A stretch of 64,000 nt of DNA, taken from an uncultured Gammaproteobacteria bacterium (GTDB taxonomy: Bacteria > Patescibacteriota > Microgenomatia > CAYXHB01 > CAZYTL01). The DNA is taken from positions 149,552-213,551 of the forward strand of contig CAZYTL010000001.1 of NCBI GenBank assembly GCA_964650355.1, in the 5' to 3' direction. A program made the translations under genes and the position numbers. The notes under the pieces are model-generated. The model was not told where the DNA came from. It saw only the letters and a list, made by a program, of their open reading frames with translations, and searched no databases. Positions 59,438 to 64,000 of the stretch are shown here, one piece after another (positions within the stretch are counted from its first letter, which is position 1; the number at the start of each line of letters is the position of its first letter).

Positions 59438-60214
59438 TTAAAGACCATATCTTTTAATGGATTTTCTTTTTAATTTCAGCCTGGGTTTAACATCCATTGC
59501 CCGCCTCTGAAAATGCTCTACCATTGACTTTCTCATTGCTTCCTTTTGTATCCTCAATTCAGCAGATTTTTTGGTCATCCCGTTTGCAATTGCATAATCT
59601 AACGCTGCCCCCAGGGATAAAAACCTATGATACAGAGAGCTAAATCCAGGCTTCTTTGTCGTATCTGATGGTATGAAGTAGTTACCTCCCCGCTGAATTG
59701 AAATCTCTACTCCGGCAGAGTAACCGTAGTCAGGCATGGGGACCGGGAAAATAGCGTTACCTTCCCTGTAAAAACTATCCGGAGATCCGGTTGACTTCAA
59801 TTCGCTATCGCTAAATTCACGCTTCAATTTGGGGGTTAAAATCACAAAATCGCCTTGGCTATTTTTCATCCGCAACTCATGGATTACCAATGCCGAATCG
59901 GGAATTGAATAATGATCCTGATTGCCTACCAGGGTCGCGATAGCGCATGGAAGGTCTGTGTTATTGAGATCATCCCACTTCCAGTTAGGATCCGCCTTAA
60001 ACATTTCTGCAATAGCCTCATCCCAGACGTTATTTACATTCCTCGTACGGTCATCCAAAGAGTACTCGGAGTTAAATATAGCACTATTGCCAAACAATAA
60101 GAAGTCAATGTCAGCAACCAATGAAATAGATTTATCGGATGGATTATATTGCACAGTAATTACCCTCCTTTCTTTCGATATAAAAATTATCGTATTCTTT
60201 ATGGCACGCAGCAC
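59438..60214 (-). CDS. hypothetical protein with basic C-terminal tail
   Basis: 258 aa; C-terminal RLKLKRKSIKRYGL. Confidence 0.25.
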   Translation of the reverse strand: MLRAIKNTIIFISKERRVITVQYNPSDKSISLVADIDFLLFGNSAIFNSEYSLDDRTRNVNNVWDEAIAEMFKADPNWKWDDLNNTDLPCAIATLVGNQDHYSIPDSALVIHELRMKNSQGDFVILTPKLKREFSDSELKSTGSPDSFYREGNAIFPVPMPDYGYSAGVEISIQRGGNYFIPSDTTKKPGFSSLYHRFLSLGAALDYAIANGMTKKSAELRIQKEAMRKSMVEHFQRRAMDVKPRLKLKRKSIKRYGL

Positions 60215-60593
60215 ATAATCTTAACCAGTCGCTCAAATCTCTTTTATACTGTCCACTCTTGTTAGCCCAATGAATATTATGTCCCTTTAACTCTGAACAA
60301 CCACATCGCTCACAGGTGGTGGGTTTTCCTAAAATTGCCCCAATCCACATATGAACAGCTCTATATTTAGCCTTAATTCCAAGCCATCTATTGGTGTTTT
60401 TCCCTCTTAATCCCAATTTCGCATTTCTCATTTTAAGCTTCGTTTCGTCTGAATGTTTTTTCCCGTAAAAACTATTTCTTTCGCCTACCCGAAGTTTGGC
60501 GGCACAAGATCTGGAACACGTTTTTCTCTTTCCTCCCAATGATGGATGAATATCAAAGTCTTTTTTACAAAATTTACATTGAAGTCTAACCAT
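60144..60593 (-). CDS. HNH homing-type endonuclease with NUMOD3 motif (start revised to MVRLQCKFC)
   Basis: GKKHSDETKLKM (NUMOD3), C-x2-C...HNIHW...CAACH HNH core; the ORF-track first AUG lies inside the -10 box. Confidence 0.7.
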   Translation of the reverse strand: MVRLQCKFCKKDFDIHPSLGGKRKTCSRSCAAKLRVGERNSFYGKKHSDETKLKMRNAKLGLRGKNTNRWLGIKAKYRAVHMWIGAILGKPTTCERCGCSELKGHNIHWANKSGQYKRDLSDWLRLCAACHKEYDNFYIERKEGNYCAI

Positions 60594-60636
60594 AAGCGTT
60601 GTGGAATTTTGCACAACGCTTTGATTCATTATAACA
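60594..60636 (-). promoter_or_regulatory. promoter-hairpin cassette upstream of HNH (TGTTATAAT; perfect 10-bp palindrome abutting AUG)
   Basis: AAGCGTTGTG-GAATTTTG-CACAACGCTT at 60594-60622; -10 at 60628-60636. Confidence 0.5.
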
Positions 60637-60768
60637 CCTAGACTAATTACTGCCTATAGAAACTTTCTCATAAATTACCCTTCTATTTACCCTTAATGAA
60701 GTTGAACTTTTTTAATCCTTTGTTGAACTAACATTCTCTAACAGCCACACTGTCCGGGAATTGTAAAA

Positions 60769-61017
60769 CTAAATTCGTTCATAAAAAATGTCTACGGTGA
60801 AGAGTTTTAGTAAACTCACCACCATTGCTTTCCTTCTTTTTTCCCCTCCACATTGACACTTTCTTTCTATTATTTGTTCTCCCACCTGTCGTTTTCCTCC
60901 TGTATCCTCAATAAAAATAGGATTGTGGATATGTGTCATGTCACAATCATTTAGGTCACAAAATATCCCCGGGTAAATTATTTTTTCTATTTTCTTTCGT
61001 AATTTAGTGTCTGTCAT
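60769..61017 (-). CDS. hypothetical Cys-containing small protein
   Basis: the ORF-track N-terminus overlaps the upstream gene; internal M28 start likelier. Confidence 0.25.
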   Translation of the reverse strand: MTDTKLRKKIEKIIYPGIFCDLNDCDMTHIHNPIFIEDTGGKRQVGEQIIERKCQCGGEKRRKAMVVSLLKLFTVDIFYERI

Positions 61018-61408
61018 GGTGTTTGGTTGGTAGAGTGGATAAAAGTTTTTCGTACTCAGCATTGACCGCTTTTTCAAACGTGTCGTAATATCTATCAACT
61101 GTTAGATATTTCTTCCAATCATCATGCTGTAAGTTGGTTTCAAACCCTTTTGGCGGTTCATAGAAAAGAAAACCTATACCAGCTCGGCAATAGTGAATAT
61201 CGTAAATATTTTTTGCTTCTTCAATTTTATGCAATTTTTCTAAGGTGTCCTCCCTCACCCTCTCCCCGTAGTCGGTGAAGGCTTGGGCAAGTAACTTCGA
61301 TATTTTTTCAGGATGCCAATACAAATTGCCATCATCCCCAATATCAGCTCCTGTTTTCATTATTTGCTGGACTATCTCCTCAATGGCGGGGTCGGTGGGT
61401 TTAGTCAT
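61004..61408 (-). CDS. hypothetical protein
   Basis: 134 aa. Confidence 0.3.
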   Translation of the reverse strand: MTKPTDPAIEEIVQQIMKTGADIGDDGNLYWHPEKISKLLAQAFTDYGERVREDTLEKLHKIEEAKNIYDIHYCRAGIGFLFYEPPKGFETNLQHDDWKKYLTVDRYYDTFEKAVNAEYEKLLSTLPTKHHDRH

Positions 61409-61632
61409 GGTGTTTGGTTGGGTTGGGCGGATGGTGGATTAAATCCTTTTATAATATATCCTTCGTCAAAATACTTAGGATCTAACACCATTGGTTGCTC
61501 TAGGTCAAAGTTTGTATCGTCTTTATCGCCACTAGCAAAACCATGCCAATATTTTTTACCTGTAACATCGTCAACCGCAAGCTCCCAACGGGCATCTTGT
61601 TCTCCTACCTCCATAGTTTTTTGGTTACTCAT
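61405..61632 (-). CDS. hypothetical protein
   Basis: 75 aa. Confidence 0.25.
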   Translation of the reverse strand: MSNQKTMEVGEQDARWELAVDDVTGKKYWHGFASGDKDDTNFDLEQPMVLDPKYFDEGYIIKGFNPPSAQPNQTP

Positions 61633-61940
61633 GATTCGTTCGCAATTTTAAGTAACACATCGGCGTGACAAGGTTGATCTAATGGACACCAGCAAGCGAG
61701 ATTTTTTCCCTTTAACTGTAATTTGACTAAGGCACGTTCATCCAACCCAATTCTGTCTATTAATTCTTTATAAAAAACAACAGCTCGTTCACGAGTAGAT
61801 GGGCATCTATTATCATCAGATAATTCACCCACTTTATAAGAATTGCCCCACTTGGTAGGTCTACCCACATAAACAGTATTCGGTGGCATCCGCCATCCTT
61901 TAGTTCGTTTTCTCTGGATTCTAACCGGTTGGGAGTTCAT
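61629..61940 (-). CDS. DUF4326-family protein
   Basis: KGWRMPPNTVYVGRPTKWGN pattern typical of DUF4326. Confidence 0.45.
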   Translation of the reverse strand: MNSQPVRIQRKRTKGWRMPPNTVYVGRPTKWGNSYKVGELSDDNRCPSTRERAVVFYKELIDRIGLDERALVKLQLKGKNLACWCPLDQPCHADVLLKIANES

Positions 61941-62217
61941 AAAATTTAGCCGATTTAATAAACATCTCGGCGTGCTTTTGATCTAAACTAATCATCCTGG
62001 TTAATGTCTTTGTAATTCCTGCGGCTAACTGCATGGCTTCATCTACCCTCATATGCACATCCCAGCCAAATCCGGGCTTAGAGCTGGTAAATTTAACCCT
62101 AATTATGTCTTCTTTAACTCGATGTTTATTATTGTGGATTATTCCGACCTGACAATAATTACCTTTACTCATTACACTCTGCCAATGCCAGATAGTATGC
62201 TGTTTTTTGCTTTTCAT
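61921..62217 (-). CDS. hypothetical protein
   Basis: 98 aa. Confidence 0.25.
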   Translation of the reverse strand: MKSKKQHTIWHWQSVMSKGNYCQVGIIHNNKHRVKEDIIRVKFTSSKPGFGWDVHMRVDEAMQLAAGITKTLTRMISLDQKHAEMFIKSAKFYELPTG

Positions 62218-62345
62218 AGTGGCTTGATAGTCACCTGCACGTCACAAGGCATTTCTACCGTAGATTTAGCCTTCCTGGTTTGAAACAGGACCAAAGTAAT
62301 TAAACAATAAGTGATTAAAATGAGAATAATAAAATTTTTAGTCAT
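62214..62345 (-). CDS. 43-aa single-TM peptide, absent from ORF track
   Basis: hand translation MTKNFIILILITYCLITLVLFQTRKAKSTVEMPCDVQVTIKPL; start 2 nt after the upstream stop, stop overlaps the downstream AUG (AUGA). Confidence 0.3.
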   Translation of the reverse strand: MTKNFIILILITYCLITLVLFQTRKAKSTVEMPCDVQVTIKPL

Positions 62346-62347
62346 AA

Positions 62348-62695
62348 TTAAAGGGCTCTAATTCTCTCTAAGACATCTTCAGGACTATGCCCATCCCATG
62401 GGGGGGCTTTCTTTAGCTCCGGAACATGACATCGATCCCAGTATTCAATTGGCAGGTGATAGGTTATTTGCTCTCCTTCAAAAAATCCATAACCCAACAA
62501 AAACCAATTTTTCCATTCGCTTCCGTCAGAATGTTTTCTAGACTTCCACGCTGTTAGACTCAGTCTATTAATTAGGGCTATCCACAATTCGGTCCTACGC
62601 TCATAGAGTTCACCGAAAGTATAGAGCCCGTCACTTATCTGATTCGTGTCAGGTTTTAATTTTCTAATTAACCAATTAATCAGTTTTTCCTTCAT
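62348..62695 (-). CDS. hypothetical protein
   Basis: 115 aa. Confidence 0.25.
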   Translation of the reverse strand: MKEKLINWLIRKLKPDTNQISDGLYTFGELYERRTELWIALINRLSLTAWKSRKHSDGSEWKNWFLLGYGFFEGEQITYHLPIEYWDRCHVPELKKAPPWDGHSPEDVLERIRAL

Positions 62696-62826
62696 ACTTA
62701 AAAAATTGACTGGCTTGGCTCTCCAGTCTTGGTTGCCCCTCTTCGCGACTTCCCTTTTGGGTTTAGCCTAACCGGTGAGTGTGTATTTGCGGCTATACTT
62801 TCGCCATCTGCCAACCACCACCCATG

Positions 62827-63984
62827 CTACAAAAGATCCGGATTAATAAAAATCATTCCAGATTCGGTCTTTATTAAATTGTTTCGCTTCATGGTGTTGA
62901 TATACTCGTTAAAACTACCCCCCTTTGCGCTCATTCCTACCGCAAGAGCGATTTGAGATCTTGTGTGTTTCATGGGATAGGTATTAGCAAGCAGCCGGAG
63001 AATATCCGGAGCCGATCCCCGCAATTTGCTCGCCCACATCTCAATCTGACTATTGGGTATAACCTCCACGCCGTTCTGTATCTCCTCAAATTCCTCATCG
63101 CCGATTATTGCCGCTATCTTTTCTAGTTTCTTAGATAGCCGGCCAATCTCCTTATCCCTGGCCCTTAGTTGCTCTTCGTAGTCGTTCTCCAGTGATTTGA
63201 GCTGCTCATCAACCTGCTTTTGACTATAGCCTTTTTCAGTCCTTTGAGGAGTTGAGACAGGGACCGGACCATCATCGGATCCGGTTACATTACTGATAAA
63301 ATCATCAATAAAAGCTTGGATATCCATATCTTTATAGAGGCGGCCCGCCTGCCCTAGTCGTGGCATCCCAAATTTCATGTCTATCTTTTCTCTATCGGGA
63401 TGGAAAGTTTCGCGCTCCCGGATCCTTATTCTCTCAAAGGTCTTCAGAAATTCCGGTGACCAGAGCCATCCCTCGCCCGTGGGAAGAGAGGGGAGTGACT
63501 GCATAAATTCATTGAAGTCATCTTCGGCGGCGTGATACTCAACCCACTCCTTTAGAGCCTTGCGGTCCTGTGGTGCCGTATTTCTAAAGGCCAACAAAGT
63601 ATCAATCTGTGTCAAAACGTCTTTGTTGATCGTTGCGGCTCTTTGATTAATTAAAGTCACCCCCAGCCCCCGATTCCTTCCCATGACCACCAATGCTTCA
63701 ATTGCCGCAAAAACCTTACCCATGGCACCAAACACCCTCTGGGGAACGAATTCATGAGCTTCTTCAATAAAAACATGTCGGGGCCGGTCATTAATTCTCA
63801 ATAACTCTTCCGCCAAATCAGCCATAAGCTCTCTCTGGCCTACTTTCGGCATCCCAAAAGTGGAAATGATACAAGAGACATTCTCTTTTACGATGGCTTC
63901 AGCTATCTGCTTTCCCATCTTCCGGTCAATAGGAACGTCGGCGTGGTCCAATCCAAATACCACAATAGGCAGCCCCTTATCCAT
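62827..63984 (-). CDS. HerA/FtsK-superfamily (DUF87-like) ATPase, N-terminus beyond window
   Basis: Walker B FIEEAHEF followed by GRNRGLGVTLINQRAATI; no Walker A in visible part, so probably truncated by the window edge. Confidence 0.5.
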   Translation of the reverse strand: MDKGLPIVVFGLDHADVPIDRKMGKQIAEAIVKENVSCIISTFGMPKVGQRELMADLAEELLRINDRPRHVFIEEAHEFVPQRVFGAMGKVFAAIEALVVMGRNRGLGVTLINQRAATINKDVLTQIDTLLAFRNTAPQDRKALKEWVEYHAAEDDFNEFMQSLPSLPTGEGWLWSPEFLKTFERIRIRERETFHPDREKIDMKFGMPRLGQAGRLYKDMDIQAFIDDFISNVTGSDDGPVPVSTPQRTEKGYSQKQVDEQLKSLENDYEEQLRARDKEIGRLSKKLEKIAAIIGDEEFEEIQNGVEVIPNSQIEMWASKLRGSAPDILRLLANTYPMKHTRSQIALAVGMSAKGGSFNEYINTMKRNNLIKTESGMIFINPDLL

Positions 63985-64000
63985 GCCATTCTTGGCGAAC

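Larger units (their letters stand above)
31057..64000. mobile_element. prophage (integrase at left end; right end beyond window)
   Basis: integrase, lysis, tail fibre, capsid/scaffold, TerL/TerS, giant SLT protein, HNH endonuclease; genes on one strand; a conserved promoter-hairpin cassette recurs only in this region. Confidence 0.75.

Noticed and set aside
60594-60629. First ATG of the HNH ORF (MNQSVVQNSTTL)
   Set aside because: It lies inside the TGTTATAAT -10 element and the codons are the palindromic hairpin; the real start is the ATG at 60593.
34304-60636. Possible CRISPR array suggested by the recurring AAAGCG...CGCTTT motif
   Set aside because: Copies are kilobases apart, in intergenic positions next to promoters and start codons, with variable internal sequence and no regular repeat-spacer spacing.
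1-64000. rRNA genes, tmRNA or additional tRNAs
   Set aside because: No further rRNA-like or tRNA-like conserved blocks (e.g. GTTCGAATC T-loops) were noticed on reading. The check was by eye only, so the conclusion is weak.

Overview
This window has two parts: about 31 kb of host chromosome followed by a prophage that runs off the right edge.

Host region (1-31 kb): a low-GC bacterial segment. Small housekeeping proteins (a 469-aa IF-2; nusA-infB with no rimP or ylxR) suggest a reduced-genome, CPR/Patescibacteria-like host using the standard genetic code. Gene content: EamA transporter, SDR, aminotransferase, Crp/Fnr regulator, aldehyde dehydrogenase, a GH57-like protein next to GlgA, nusA-infB, a cohesin/dockerin-like surface pair, a GT4/GT2/GT2/Wzy_C glycosylation cluster, tRNA-Thr(CGU), an Hsp70 NBD-only protein, and an ABC-2 transporter.

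Prophage (31.1 kb to past 64 kb): it begins with a tyrosine integrase on the plus strand. Every other phage gene is on the minus strand except a 2-gene island on the plus strand. Going up in coordinate, the minus-strand genes are: lysis genes (C39-like endolysin, holin-like proteins), a 1237-aa LamG tail fibre with 72-bp tandem repeats, a capsid and a scaffold candidate, TerL, TerS, a structured control region containing a phage tRNA with anticodon AUC, the plus-strand membrane-protein island, a 2102-aa tape-measure-like protein with a zincin HEIGH motif and a C-terminal SLT domain, further tail/portal-like proteins, an HNH/NUMOD3 endonuclease, small proteins including a DUF4326 protein, and a HerA/FtsK-like ATPase truncated at the window edge.

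Most interesting observation: a recurring transcription cassette, seen at least 8 times in the prophage. Each copy has a sigma70-like promoter (often an extended -10, TGTTATAAT), then a conserved GC hairpin beginning at the transcription start (minus-strand consensus AAAGCGUUGUGAA-loop-UUCACGGCGCUUU, usually followed by a U-tract), then the start codon 0-17 nt downstream. The hairpin pairs fully only as minus-strand RNA (G.U wobble pairs), so it probably acts at the RNA level. Several ORF-track N-terminal extensions are translations of these cassettes. A riboswitch/attenuator-like pair of mutually exclusive helices and overlapping divergent promoters lie between the terS leader and the plus-strand island.
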